Virus record (IMG/VR): IMGVR_UViG_3300032224_000591
Coordinates: 64,001-128,000 of that record
Strand: one strand, 5' to 3'
DNA: 64,000 nucleotides
Source of the DNA: a virus
Numbering within the stretch: the first letter of the stretch is position 1; each line of letters begins with the position of its first letter. Below, piece by piece: positions 9,854 to 20,347 of the stretch. The notes below the pieces were generated by a model. The model had not been told where the DNA came from, did not search any database, and saw nothing but the letters and a program-made list of their open reading frames with translations. Made by a program: the position numbers and the translations under genes.

Positions 9854-10674
9854 TGTTCGGTCAAAATTTCTACTTCTCTACTCTTAGAAAATACGTAACA
9901 CTGTTTGGTACTCTTTTTGATGACATCACAATTATTCGTACGGATGCCGATCAAAATGTAAATGCAGTTATCAAGGTTCCGGTTACCTACTCATCAAATG
10001 ATAAGATGATAGCTCGTATGGAGCAGGATCCGGATATTGATAGACCGACGTCAGTGCCTACACTTCCTATTATGTCATTTGAAATGACTAATCTTACATA
10101 TGACAACACGCGCAAGCTAAACACTATTGGTAGAAGCGCAGTCAAGGCGACAGCAAATACAGAATTTTCTTATCAGTATAATCCAGTCCCGTATAATATC
10201 GGATTTAGACTCTATATCTATGTGAAAAATGCTGAAGATGGTACAAAGATTGTAGAGCAGATTCTTCCATACTTTACACCTGACTTTACGACGACACTAA
10301 AGCTTATCCCAGAGATGAATATTAACATGGATATTCCGACTGTGATGAACACGATCACACAGGAAGACAAATATACCGGTGACTTCAGAGAGCGCAGGGC
10401 AATCGTCTGGACACTAGACTTTACTATGAAGGGTTACATATATGGTCCAGTCAAGAAAGCTCCGATCATCCTGTTTGCCAATACTGTCTTCTATACACCA
10501 AAGGATATTAAAGACCTGGCTAACACTAACTACAGCAGTTATGTCTCAGTTCGTCCAGGCCTTACAGCTAACGGTCAACCTACATCAAACGCTGATCTTT
10601 CTATTAGCCCATATGATATTGTTGCTTCAGATGACTATGGATATATTATCGAGAAGGGTTATAACCAGACATGA
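9853..10674 (+). CDS. gp15: Tail sheath stabilizer/terminator gp15
   Basis: FGTLFDDI, PVPYNIGF, EQILPYFTP; synteny. Confidence 0.93.
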   Translation: MFGQNFYFSTLRKYVTLFGTLFDDITIIRTDADQNVNAVIKVPVTYSSNDKMIARMEQDPDIDRPTSVPTLPIMSFEMTNLTYDNTRKLNTIGRSAVKATANTEFSYQYNPVPYNIGFRLYIYVKNAEDGTKIVEQILPYFTPDFTTTLKLIPEMNINMDIPTVMNTITQEDKYTGDFRERRAIVWTLDFTMKGYIYGPVKKAPIILFANTVFYTPKDIKDLANTNYSSYVSVRPGLTANGQPTSNADLSISPYDIVASDDYGYIIEKGYNQT

Positions 10675-11096
10675 ACGCAAATAATGATCCGTTAGGCGCT
10701 GCGCTTAACCTGACTCCATTAGCTACTGATAATGCAGTTAAATCTATAGTCGCCAAAGCACATGATGATAGTGCAAAAAATGACTTCGAGATGGCACGAT
10801 CAAACATCCATGAAGTTATTCAGAATGGTACATATGCTATTGAGAAGCTATCACAGATTGCTGATCAGAGCCAGCATCCTAGAGCTTTTGAGGTTCTAGC
10901 AACACTCATGAAGACAATGCTTGATGCTAATAAGGACTTACTTGACCTACAGAAGAAGATCCGTGAAATCTCTTCTGCTGATGCACCAACCAATGAAGCA
11001 GCTAAACAAGTGACGAATAACCTATTTGTTGGTTCTACTGCAGACCTTCAGAAAGTCATTGAGGACATGAAGAATGGTGGATCTAAGACAGCTTAA
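10671..11096 (+). CDS. gp16: Terminase small subunit gp16
   Basis: HPRAFEV, NNLFVGSTADL. Confidence 0.93.
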   Translation: MNANNDPLGAALNLTPLATDNAVKSIVAKAHDDSAKNDFEMARSNIHEVIQNGTYAIEKLSQIADQSQHPRAFEVLATLMKTMLDANKDLLDLQKKIREISSADAPTNEAAKQVTNNLFVGSTADLQKVIEDMKNGGSKTA

Positions 11097-12720
11097 GGGC
11101 TATAACGGCAATAATAACTTAAAGCGATCACGACAGTCGATTGAGTGGACACCCGACCTGGTTAGCGAATACATTAAGTGTTCTGATGATCCGATCTACT
11201 TTATTGAAACCTATATGAAGATCATCAATATCAATGATGGTCTGGTAAGCTTCAAGCTATATGACTATCAGAAAGAGATGGTCTTAGCTATGAAGGAGAA
11301 TCGCTTCAATATCATCGCAACGGCTCGTCAGGCCGGTAAGTCGACGGTAACCTGCGGATTTATCCTTTGGTATATCATCTTTCATTCAGATAAGACCGTT
11401 GCACTGCTTGCTAACAAGGGTGAAACAGCTCGAGAGATTCTTGGCCGTGTTCAGTTGGCCTATGAGCATCTTCCCCGTTGGCTGCAGCATGGTGTTGTTG
11501 AGTGGAACAAGGGTTCATTTGAGCTTGAGAATAACTCGAGAGTTATCGCAGCAGCTACCTCTAAATCAGGTATTCGTGGTTACTCCATCAACCTACTATT
11601 CATCGATGAGGCTGCATTCATCGAGAACTGGGATGACTTCTTCACATCGGTATACCCTACCATCTCGTCTGGTAAAGAATCTAAAGTCATCCTCGTATCA
11701 ACACCAAATGGTTTGAATCACTTCTACTCTCTATGGATCAATGCCCGTGAGCAGAGAAATGGGTATAAACCTATTCAGGTTATGTGGGATGCTGTTCCTG
11801 GACGTGATGAACAATGGAGACAAGATACACTAGCCTCGATGAACTTTGACACAGAAAAGTTTGACCAGGAATATTGTGTTGAATTCATGGGTTCATCTGG
11901 CACACTTATCGCTGGTTGGAAGCTCAAGGAGCTTGTCCATCAGGTGCCTATCGTCTTAAAGCAAGGTCTATCACAATACGTCCTTCCTGAGAAGGGTCAC
12001 TCATATGTCATCATGGCAGACGTGTCCCGTGGTAAGGGATTAGACTACTCTGCTTTCCATATCATTGACGTCACAAAGATGCCATATAATCAGGTATGCG
12101 TCTATAGGAATAACTCAATTACGCCTTTAGACTACGCTGCTATTATCCATAAGATGGCCATGGCCTATAACCAAGCTTCTGTTATGGTTGAAATCAACGA
12201 CATTGGTGAGCAGGTTGGCCAATCACTACACTTTGATTACGAGTATGAAGGTGTCTTGTTGACTGAATCAGCTGGTAGAGCCGGCAAGAGAGTCACGCTT
12301 CGAAGCAGTGGACCATCAGTTGATTGGGGTATCAGAACAACAAAGAATGTTAAAGCTGCAGGTTGCTCTATCATTAAGCTGCTAATAGAACAGAATCAGT
12401 TGATCATTAATGACTTCCATACAATCGAGGAGCTAGCAACTTTCTCTCGTAAGCTTAACAGCTATGAGGCCGAAGAAGGTAAGCACGATGATCTTGTCAT
12501 GGGGCTTGTGCTGTTTGGTTGGTTATCCGATCAACAATACTTCAGAGAATACACAGACATAAATACACTACAGAGACTACGTGAGAAGTCAGAAGAAGAG
12601 ATCATGGATGATATGCTTCCATTCGGTTTCATCGATGACGGCAGAGACGACGTTATCGAACAACTCGAGTTGCCAAGGGGCAACTGGCTGGTGTCTGATA
12701 TAGAGAACGAGTTTTTATAA
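11074..12720 (+). CDS. gp17: Terminase large subunit gp17
   Basis: Walker A RQAGKST, FIDEAAF, STPNGLNHFY, nuclease DVSRG..LDYS and HDDLVM. Confidence 0.97.
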   Translation: MVDLRQLKGYNGNNNLKRSRQSIEWTPDLVSEYIKCSDDPIYFIETYMKIININDGLVSFKLYDYQKEMVLAMKENRFNIIATARQAGKSTVTCGFILWYIIFHSDKTVALLANKGETAREILGRVQLAYEHLPRWLQHGVVEWNKGSFELENNSRVIAAATSKSGIRGYSINLLFIDEAAFIENWDDFFTSVYPTISSGKESKVILVSTPNGLNHFYSLWINAREQRNGYKPIQVMWDAVPGRDEQWRQDTLASMNFDTEKFDQEYCVEFMGSSGTLIAGWKLKELVHQVPIVLKQGLSQYVLPEKGHSYVIMADVSRGKGLDYSAFHIIDVTKMPYNQVCVYRNNSITPLDYAAIIHKMAMAYNQASVMVEINDIGEQVGQSLHFDYEYEGVLLTESAGRAGKRVTLRSSGPSVDWGIRTTKNVKAAGCSIIKLLIEQNQLIINDFHTIEELATFSRKLNSYEAEEGKHDDLVMGLVLFGWLSDQQYFREYTDINTLQRLREKSEEEIMDDMLPFGFIDDGRDDVIEQLELPRGNWLVSDIENEFL

Positions 12721-12723
12721 ATA
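12716..12723 (+). promoter_or_regulatory. Late promoter TATAAATA
   Basis: Exact consensus upstream of gp18. Confidence 0.75.
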
Positions 12724-12768
12724 TCGTAGAATCTATAGCATACATTTTCCACTGGGAGGAGAACTCAA

Positions 12769-14913
12769 ATGCCTTTTCAACTAAGTCCTGGCGTAAACGT
12801 CACTGAGATCGATCTAACAACGGTCGTTCCTGCAGTCGCTACTTCAACAGGCGCTATCGCCGGTATCTTCAATTGGGGTCCGATCGGCGAGCGTGTCCTT
12901 ATCGACAATGAGACGAAGCTCTTAAATATCTTTGGTAAGCCTAATGCAAACAATGCAGAAACATGGTTTACTGCCGCTAACTTCCTAAGCTATACCAATA
13001 CCCTTTATGTTGTTCGTTCAGCAAATACGACATCGGCTGATGCTAACGTTGGTGCAACATGTGCTACCGGTAACCTTGGCCCAGTTGGATCAATTCTGAC
13101 GGAAGTTATTAAGTCTCAGGCACATTTTGATACTAAGTATATTCCTGCTAACAACTATAATGCATTTGATGCAAATACGCGCTGGGTTGCTAAGTATCCT
13201 GGTACTTTGGGCAACTCACTTTACGTTTCAGTGTGTGATAGCGCAGCCCAATATGTATCGAACATATATGCTAACGGTGCAGCAGTTAACTCAACTTACG
13301 CTAATACTGAAATGACAACAACGATTGTTATTGGCGGTAACGTTGCACAGATTTCTGTAAAGTCAACACAGGGTAACGTCGCTGCAAACATTGCAGCATC
13401 AAACGCATATCTTTCATATTCACTTGGTACAATTACTGTTGGTGATTACCTAATGGTAGGTAACTCGACTTCTGGTATTCAGTATCTTCAGATAACAGCC
13501 AATAGTGCTCTATCAACAAATAGTACACATACACTAGCTAACTTGTATTTTAGTGATAATTTTATGTTAGGTAGTGACTTCGTTTCTAACAATGCACAGA
13601 ATTCTACACTGACTCACTATTGGGAATTCTTTAATCTAGTTGGTGCTGCGCCATCTCAGACAGACTTTGTTGCTAACTTTGGCAACACAGCAGCTAATAC
13701 ATCTGATGGTATGCACGTTGTAATTCAAGACCGTAACGGTAAGTTTACCGGCGTCCCTGGCACAGTTCTAGAATCATACGAGAATCTTTCTCGTGCGACA
13801 GATGCTAAGACGACTGGTGGTGCTTCTAACTACTATAGAGATGTTATCAATCAGAACTCCAAGTATGTTTGGTCAGTTCGTGATCGTACAAATGCACCTT
13901 CGAATACAGCATTCAACGTTGCTAACTCTACATCAGCTAACGTCGCTCGCTACTTCTTCACCGGTGGTCAGGATGGTTATACTGAAGCTACGGCTCCTCT
14001 ATACATCCTATCTGACGGTTATGATAAGTTTGCTTCAGCTGAAGACGTCGATGTTTCCCTAATTCTTCAGGGTAAGCCAACTGGTGGTTCAACATCTTCT
14101 GGTGGTATGACTGTCAGTAAGTTTCAGCTAGCTAACTATCTGATTGATAATATCGCAGAGACAAGAAAAGATTGCGTTGTATTCGTCTCGCCTGATGATG
14201 GTGTTGTAACTAGCAATATGGGTAATGAAGCAACAGCTCTTGTTAACTGGCGTAACACGGTTCATGATAGTTCATACGCTGTTATTGATTCTGGTTATAA
14301 GTATCAGTATGATCGCTACAATGACGTGTATCGCTATCTGCCTTCAAATGGTGACGTAGCTGGCCTATGCGCACGCACAGACAATACACGTGATCCATGG
14401 TGGTCACCTGCGGGCTTTAATCGTGGTCAGCTCAAGAACATTGTTAAGGTTCGCTTTAACCCACGTAAGGCCGATCGTGATGCTCTTTATAGCAAGGGTA
14501 TCAACCCGATCGTTACCTTCCCTGGTCAGGGGACTGTATTGTTCGGCGATAAGACAGCTCAGACGAAGCCATCTGCATTCGATCACATCAACGTTCGTCG
14601 TCTGTTCATTGTCCTTGAGAAGGCCATTGCAACTGCTGCGAAGTTTACCCTGTTCGAGTTCAATGACGAGTTCACAAGAGCACAGTTCAAGAACCTAGTA
14701 ACTCCTTTCCTACGTGACGTTCAAGGTCGCCGTGGTATCACTGACTTCCTAGTGGTCTGCGATGCAACTAACAACACACCGGAGAGAGTGGATCGTAACG
14801 AGTTCTGGGGCGACATCTATATCAAGCCTGCACGTTCTATCAACTATATCCAGTTGAACTTCGTTGCGGTTAGAACCGGTGTTCAGTTCTCTGAAGTCGT
14901 TGGTCAGTTCTAA
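12769..14913 (+). CDS. gp18: Tail sheath protein gp18
   Basis: SPGV..TEIDLT, WWSPAG.NRG, INVRRLF, IKPARSINYI.LNFVA. Confidence 0.97.
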   Translation: MPFQLSPGVNVTEIDLTTVVPAVATSTGAIAGIFNWGPIGERVLIDNETKLLNIFGKPNANNAETWFTAANFLSYTNTLYVVRSANTTSADANVGATCATGNLGPVGSILTEVIKSQAHFDTKYIPANNYNAFDANTRWVAKYPGTLGNSLYVSVCDSAAQYVSNIYANGAAVNSTYANTEMTTTIVIGGNVAQISVKSTQGNVAANIAASNAYLSYSLGTITVGDYLMVGNSTSGIQYLQITANSALSTNSTHTLANLYFSDNFMLGSDFVSNNAQNSTLTHYWEFFNLVGAAPSQTDFVANFGNTAANTSDGMHVVIQDRNGKFTGVPGTVLESYENLSRATDAKTTGGASNYYRDVINQNSKYVWSVRDRTNAPSNTAFNVANSTSANVARYFFTGGQDGYTEATAPLYILSDGYDKFASAEDVDVSLILQGKPTGGSTSSGGMTVSKFQLANYLIDNIAETRKDCVVFVSPDDGVVTSNMGNEATALVNWRNTVHDSSYAVIDSGYKYQYDRYNDVYRYLPSNGDVAGLCARTDNTRDPWWSPAGFNRGQLKNIVKVRFNPRKADRDALYSKGINPIVTFPGQGTVLFGDKTAQTKPSAFDHINVRRLFIVLEKAIATAAKFTLFEFNDEFTRAQFKNLVTPFLRDVQGRRGITDFLVVCDATNNTPERVDRNEFWGDIYIKPARSINYIQLNFVAVRTGVQFSEVVGQF

Positions 14914-14943
14914 TAAATAGATCAAAGGACAAGGAGTAATCAA

Positions 14944-15540
14944 ATGGCCTCAGGTTTCAATATCAGCACATTCAAGGCAAGAGGTCTAACCTCTGGTGGC
15001 GCACGCCCCTCGCTCTTCGAAGTGTATCTAACAATCCCGAGCTTCGTAGCAGCCGCTACGGGCTCGGACACAAAGTTCCGCTTTACCTGCCGCGCAGCAG
15101 CGATCCCGGCAGCAACAATCGGTACGGTCAATGTTCCATACTTTGGTCGTACAATTAAGCTAGCTGGCGACAGAACATTTGCTGACTGGACAGTCACAAT
15201 CATGAACGACGAAGACTTCATCGTTCGTGCAATGTTCGAGAAGTGGTCTAACGAACTTAATAAGCTTCAGGCTAACGTTCGTAAGGCTTATAACTCAGAG
15301 AATGACTATAAGGCAATCCTTAACGTCATTCAGTACAGCAAGGACGGCATTCCGATTCGTTCATACGATATTATCGGTGCGTTCCCAACTTCGGTTGATG
15401 CCATCACTCTTGACTGGGATACTACAAACCAGATCGAGCAGTTCGGTGTTACGTTTGCCTACGACTATTGGCTGCCAACCATTGGTTCAGAGTTAGTTAA
15501 CTCTTACTATGGTGATGCCGTTAGCCCAGTAGCGACCTAA
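14944..15540 (+). CDS. gp19: Tail tube protein gp19
   Basis: ARPSLFEV, GRTIKLAGDRTFADWTVT, YDYW. Confidence 0.95.
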   Translation: MASGFNISTFKARGLTSGGARPSLFEVYLTIPSFVAAATGSDTKFRFTCRAAAIPAATIGTVNVPYFGRTIKLAGDRTFADWTVTIMNDEDFIVRAMFEKWSNELNKLQANVRKAYNSENDYKAILNVIQYSKDGIPIRSYDIIGAFPTSVDAITLDWDTTNQIEQFGVTFAYDYWLPTIGSELVNSYYGDAVSPVAT

Positions 15541-15559
15541 TATCCTGATTGGTTATTGA

Positions 15560-15585
15560 GGGGGAGCTAGTCTCCCCCATTTTTT
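15560..15585 (+). terminator. Rho-independent terminator
   Basis: GGGGGAG-ctagt-CTCCCCC followed by a T-run. Confidence 0.75.
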
Positions 15586-15601
15586 GAAAAAAGGAAAATA
15601 G

Positions 15602-17386
15602 ATGGCAGAACTATTTGGTTTCGAGTTTAAACGCAAGGTTGCAGAAGATATTGCGCCCTCCTTCTCCCCAAAAGAGAATGAAGATGGCGCGCTTGTCGTT
15701 GCAGCTGGCGGTTCCTTTGGAACGTACGTTGACCTTGACGGTACCGTACGTACAGAGGCAGAACTCGTAACAAAGTATCGCGATATGGCTCTTCAGCCAG
15801 AATGTGATGCAGCTATTGATGAAATTATCAATGAGATGATTGCTCTTGATGAGAAAGAACTTGTTAAGATTGATATTGATGGGTTAGATATTCCATCTAA
15901 TCTTAAGAAGGCTATTACAGAAGAGTTCAAGAATTGCTTGAACATTTTAGATTTTCGCCGCCATGCCTACGAGATTATTCGTCGCTGGTATATCGATGGC
16001 AGATTATACTATCATAAGATTATTGATGAGACGGATCCTAAGGCTGGTATCAAGGAGCTTCGCTACATTGATCCACGTAAGATTCGTAAAGTTCGTGAGG
16101 TAGTAAGAAAAAGAGTTCGTGGTGGTCAGCAGGGCGAACCTGTCATGACTAAGACACAGAATGAATATTACCTGTTTAATGATAAAGGCTTCTCCTTTAG
16201 CAATAGATCCACAGCGCCTGCGACTGCAGGCTTAAAGATTGCTAAAGACACTATTCTACATGTGACATCAGGTTTAACTGACACAAATGGCGCTATGGTG
16301 CTGTCACATCTACATAAGGCTATTAAGCCTCTTAATCAGCTGCGTACACTTGAAGATGCTCTTGTCATCTATCGTCTTGCCCGCGCGCCTGAGCGTCGCG
16401 TATGGTATATCGACGTTGGCAACCTTCCTAAGATGAAGGCAGAGCAGTACATCCGTGATATGATGGTTAAGCATAAGAATCGATTAATCTACGATGCTGA
16501 GTCCGGCAACGTTAGAGATGACCGCAAGTTCATGACCATGCTAGAGGACTATTGGCTAGCTCGTCGTGACGGAGGCAAGGGTACGGAGGTTACTACTCTT
16601 GCTGGCGGTCAGAATCTTAGTCAGATGGATGACGTTCTGTACTTTCAGAAAAGATTCTATGGTACACTAAATGTACCTATCAACAGAATTAACTCCGATG
16701 CATTGTTCTCCCTTGGAAGAGCAACCGAAGTTACCAGAGACGAGCTGAAATTCTCACGCTTCATCTCAAGAATGCGCGGAAAGTTCGCTATCCTATTCAC
16801 GAAGATGTTAGAGACTCAGCTCGTACTAAAACAGATTATGACTATTGAAGACTTTCATAATATTGCTGCTGATATTAAGTATGACTTTGCTAAGGACAAC
16901 TACTTCGCTGAACTTAAAGACGGTGAGATTGCTGATAATCGTATCAATCTTGCACGTAATATGCAGGATATGGTTGGCAAGTATTACTCACACGAGTGGC
17001 TTCGTAAGAATATCCTTCAGCAGTCGGATGATGATATTGAAGAGATGGATGAAGAGATTATCGCAGAGAATGAATCTGGTGATCCTCGTTGGATTAATCC
17101 AGCCATCCTACAGAATGAGCAGATGGAACAGCAGATGAACGCACCTATTGGTCCAGATGGTCAACCGGTACCGGGTGGCCAACCTGGTGATCCAACCGGC
17201 GGTACTGATCAACAGCCTTTGACTGATGACGATGGTGCAGCAGTAAGCGCTCAAAATGATCAACAGACCGCTAAGATGCAGACCGCACAATCAACTTATA
17301 ATTTGCTCATCAGCAAAAGAAATAGAACATTAGCTGATGAAGCTAAATTAAAATCAGCTACTCAGATCTTAGCTAAGAATAAATAA
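15602..17386 (+). CDS. gp20: Portal protein gp20
   Basis: IYRLARAPERRV.YIDVGNLPK.KAEQY, EDYWL.RR.GGKGTEV. Confidence 0.97.
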   Translation: MAELFGFEFKRKVAEDIAPSFSPKENEDGALVVAAGGSFGTYVDLDGTVRTEAELVTKYRDMALQPECDAAIDEIINEMIALDEKELVKIDIDGLDIPSNLKKAITEEFKNCLNILDFRRHAYEIIRRWYIDGRLYYHKIIDETDPKAGIKELRYIDPRKIRKVREVVRKRVRGGQQGEPVMTKTQNEYYLFNDKGFSFSNRSTAPATAGLKIAKDTILHVTSGLTDTNGAMVLSHLHKAIKPLNQLRTLEDALVIYRLARAPERRVWYIDVGNLPKMKAEQYIRDMMVKHKNRLIYDAESGNVRDDRKFMTMLEDYWLARRDGGKGTEVTTLAGGQNLSQMDDVLYFQKRFYGTLNVPINRINSDALFSLGRATEVTRDELKFSRFISRMRGKFAILFTKMLETQLVLKQIMTIEDFHNIAADIKYDFAKDNYFAELKDGEIADNRINLARNMQDMVGKYYSHEWLRKNILQQSDDDIEEMDEEIIAENESGDPRWINPAILQNEQMEQQMNAPIGPDGQPVPGGQPGDPTGGTDQQPLTDDDGAAVSAQNDQQTAKMQTAQSTYNLLISKRNRTLADEAKLKSATQILAKNK

Positions 17387-17398
17387 TGGAGATGACAA

Positions 17399-17653
17399 AT
17401 GACTGAAGTACAATACTCTGTCCAAGACTTAATTTCTACAGCGTTCGATCAAAAGCCCGTCGATTTCGAGAATGCGTTTAGTTCGCTTATTGTTGATCGT
17501 CTAGCGGCTGCTGTAGAAACAAGAAAGATTGAAGTAGCCCAGGCGATGTTTGGTGATCAAGCATCAAGCGAGGACTACTCATCTGATGAAACAGAGGAAG
17601 AATCAGAGGTCGAAACAGAACAAGAGGAAGAGCAAGATGGCGAAGTCGCTTAA
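17399..17653 (+). CDS. Prohead core protein, gp67-like
   Basis: Small acidic protein directly after the portal gene. Confidence 0.65.
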   Translation: MTEVQYSVQDLISTAFDQKPVDFENAFSSLIVDRLAAAVETRKIEVAQAMFGDQASSEDYSSDETEEESEVETEQEEEQDGEVA

Positions 17654-19391
17654 CGATATTCTGAAAGTAGCACACGATAGAATCAGAGGCGTGCACTCTT
17701 CTACTACTTCCGACCTTTCAACAGGTAAGGATCCTGGTGTAGACTATGCACCTAGAGCTGCTGGTGAGCAAGATTTTATTGCAAAGCATTCTGTACAGAA
17801 GTGGGATGAGCCTGAGGGTAATCCTAACTATGCTGATAAGTTAAAGTATTCTCTTGATAAAGAGACACGCCATGGCTATACAGAGCCAAAGGCCAAGAAA
17901 GTCAATGAGTCAAAAAAAGCCGAGGACACTAAGTGCAATAAAACTCCAGGCCAAACTTGGTGTCCGCTTCATGAGATGGCCGACTGCTCTAAGTCGACTA
18001 CAATTAAAGAAGATTCTGAATATGGTATGGCTCGTAATGAGCTTGCTACAGCTTCGCGTGCTATCGATAGATTAAATGCTAAGATGGGTAAGGGCGAAGG
18101 CGAGCTTGAGGCTTGGGTCCAGGCTAAAATTACTAAGGCTTCTGATTACTTAGACACTGTAGCTGACTATATGGAAAGCGGCACTATTAAAGAAGCCTAT
18201 GATGACAACAGCACTAAGGTAAGTGACTGGTCAGATAAGAAGCTGAAGTGGCATGCTAGTGATGATAGAAAGCATTCATCATCACATGTGCCGGCATGGT
18301 CAGAGCTTAAGCGCCGCGCCAAGACTTCAGCACCGAAGAAAACTAATGAAGAAGTAGAAGAGATTGAAGAACTTTCATCCGCACTTCTTTATAGAGCTAA
18401 ACAGTCTGCTCAAAAGAAAGCTGGCTGGTTAATGCCAGGTGATGGTGGCAAGGGTGACAAAGCATGGAACAGAGTTAAGAAGTTCCGTGATGCTGGCGTA
18501 GCAAAAGAAAAGCAAGAAAAAGCTGCTGTCAAGGAAGAAGTCCTCGATGAGAAGATGACAGATATGCAGAAGAAAACAGTTAAAGCTATTCAGACTTATA
18601 GAGATAAGGCTGGTATTGCTAAGCCGTCTATTACTGACACTAAGCGTTCTATTAAGTTCGTAAAGCAGAATGAAGAAGTAGAGCAGATTGATGAGCTTTC
18701 ACCTGCAACTCTTACTTCATATAAGGCTAAAGCTGCAGGTTCAGAGAAGGCATTAACAGATAAGTCTTCTACACTTTCTGTTCCTGCAAAGGACCGTAAT
18801 GTCGCTGCTGCAAAAGCTAACCAGCGCAGACAAGGTATGAATCTTGCTACCAAGAAACTTGGTGAAGAAGCTATCGATGAGATTTCGAAAGATCTTACTA
18901 AGAGCTATATTAGAAAAGCAACTCAGGATGTGGATAATACTCCAGAGGATGATGATAATGCAACAAGGAAGCTTAACAATCGTGAGAGCGGTATTCGTAC
19001 TGCTTCGATGAAGAAGAATGCTTCGAAGTATGTTAAAGTGCCGGCAACTGAAGAAGTAGTTAGTGAAGTTTTAACTAAATCAACAACTGCTGATAAAACT
19101 ATTGATGACTTTGTTCATTCAAAGAATCCACAGTTTGCTGGTAAGTCAAAAGAGAAGCGTAAGCAAATGGCTCTTGCAGCTTACTATGCTAAGCAGCGTA
19201 ACGAAGAGACTGATCCCGGTTTTAAGGAAGGTCATGTCCCTGATCATCAGCCGAAGCTTGCTCCAAAGGATGCTTCTACAATGTCAAAGGTTGCAGCTAT
19301 GATGGCTAAAGAGAGAGAATCTTTTCGTCAAAGGCAAGCAGGTAACACTGCTAAGCTAGTAGCCGCAAATAAGTCTGGGAAGGATTCCTAA
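17637..19391 (+). CDS. Repeat-containing putative internal head / prohead core polyprotein
   Basis: Lies between gp67-like and gp21; repeated EE(V/A)..(I/L)DE linkers; start moved to ATG 17637 after a GAGGA RBS. Confidence 0.7.
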   Translation: MAKSLNDILKVAHDRIRGVHSSTTSDLSTGKDPGVDYAPRAAGEQDFIAKHSVQKWDEPEGNPNYADKLKYSLDKETRHGYTEPKAKKVNESKKAEDTKCNKTPGQTWCPLHEMADCSKSTTIKEDSEYGMARNELATASRAIDRLNAKMGKGEGELEAWVQAKITKASDYLDTVADYMESGTIKEAYDDNSTKVSDWSDKKLKWHASDDRKHSSSHVPAWSELKRRAKTSAPKKTNEEVEEIEELSSALLYRAKQSAQKKAGWLMPGDGGKGDKAWNRVKKFRDAGVAKEKQEKAAVKEEVLDEKMTDMQKKTVKAIQTYRDKAGIAKPSITDTKRSIKFVKQNEEVEQIDELSPATLTSYKAKAAGSEKALTDKSSTLSVPAKDRNVAAAKANQRRQGMNLATKKLGEEAIDEISKDLTKSYIRKATQDVDNTPEDDDNATRKLNNRESGIRTASMKKNASKYVKVPATEEVVSEVLTKSTTADKTIDDFVHSKNPQFAGKSKEKRKQMALAAYYAKQRNEETDPGFKEGHVPDHQPKLAPKDASTMSKVAAMMAKERESFRQRQAGNTAKLVAANKSGKDS

Positions 19392-19636
19392 TGTCTAATA
19401 TTGTAAAGCCAACAGCTAATCAAATCTCACTAACAACAGCTAATACTGTTTACGGTTCACAGATCGTTTATATCGCTGCCACAACAGCTGCTGTAATTAC
19501 TACAGCTAATTCATCTGGTCAAATTGGTTCGTTTACACTTCCTGCTAATCAGTGGGTATTTGTTGCTAAAAATGCAACTGATACTATTGCCGCTAACGTA
19601 GCAGTATTTGCAACAGCTGCATCGTTTAGAGGGTAA
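19391..19636 (+). CDS. Small hypothetical protein (possibly virion)
   Basis: 81-aa ORF coupled to the upstream stop. Confidence 0.75.
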   Translation: MSNIVKPTANQISLTTANTVYGSQIVYIAATTAAVITTANSSGQIGSFTLPANQWVFVAKNATDTIAANVAVFATAASFRG

Positions 19637-19637
19637 C

Positions 19638-20315
19638 ATGAAGCTCATCACAGAACTTTTCGAGGGTGTAGATTATCTTTCTGAAGCTAAGGAAACTGGC
19701 GAGAAGGAACACTATATCCATGGTATCTTCATGCAAGCTAATATGCGTAATAAGAATGGTCGTGAGTATCCACATGACATTATGGAACCAGCAGTTAACA
19801 AGTATGTCAATGAGCAGGTTATGAATAACCGCGCTTATGGTGAACTAGGTCATCCTGCTGGTCCGTCTATTAATCTTGATCGTGTATCGCATCTTATCGT
19901 GTCACTTCACTTCGAAGGTCACAATGTCATTGGTAAGGCAAAACTTACCAATACGCCAATGGGTAATATTGCTAGAGGTCTATTAGAGTCAGGTGCAAAC
20001 CTAGGTGTTTCATCACGTGGTCTTGGCACACTAACAGCCGGTAAAGATGGAGTGATGGTTGTTGGTCGCGACTTCCATATTGCTACAGCAGCTGATATTG
20101 TAGCGGATCCTTCTGCACCTCATGCATTTGTGAAGGGTATCATGGAAAATGCTGAATGGGTATATGATCCTGTTAAGGATACATGGCATGAAGAAAGACT
20201 AGACAATATTAAGAAGGGTGTACATAAGATGTCAAAAAGACAGCTTGAGGAAAGCAATCTTCGCATCTTTGAGAACTATCTGAGTTCACTTGCTTTCAAG
20301 AATAAATCTATATAA
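19638..20315 (+). CDS. gp21: Prohead protease gp21
   Basis: MKLITE, N.NGR.Y, GELGHP, GVSSRGLG, DIVADPSAP. Confidence 0.96.
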   Translation: MKLITELFEGVDYLSEAKETGEKEHYIHGIFMQANMRNKNGREYPHDIMEPAVNKYVNEQVMNNRAYGELGHPAGPSINLDRVSHLIVSLHFEGHNVIGKAKLTNTPMGNIARGLLESGANLGVSSRGLGTLTAGKDGVMVVGRDFHIATAADIVADPSAPHAFVKGIMENAEWVYDPVKDTWHEERLDNIKKGVHKMSKRQLEESNLRIFENYLSSLAFKNKSI

Positions 20316-20347
20316 ATAATTGTAAATCAAAGGGGGAGACCTTTCAA

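Noticed and set aside
17550-17636. Upstream GTG start for the 613-aa ORF
   Set aside because: It overlaps the gp67-like gene; ATG 17637 has a good RBS
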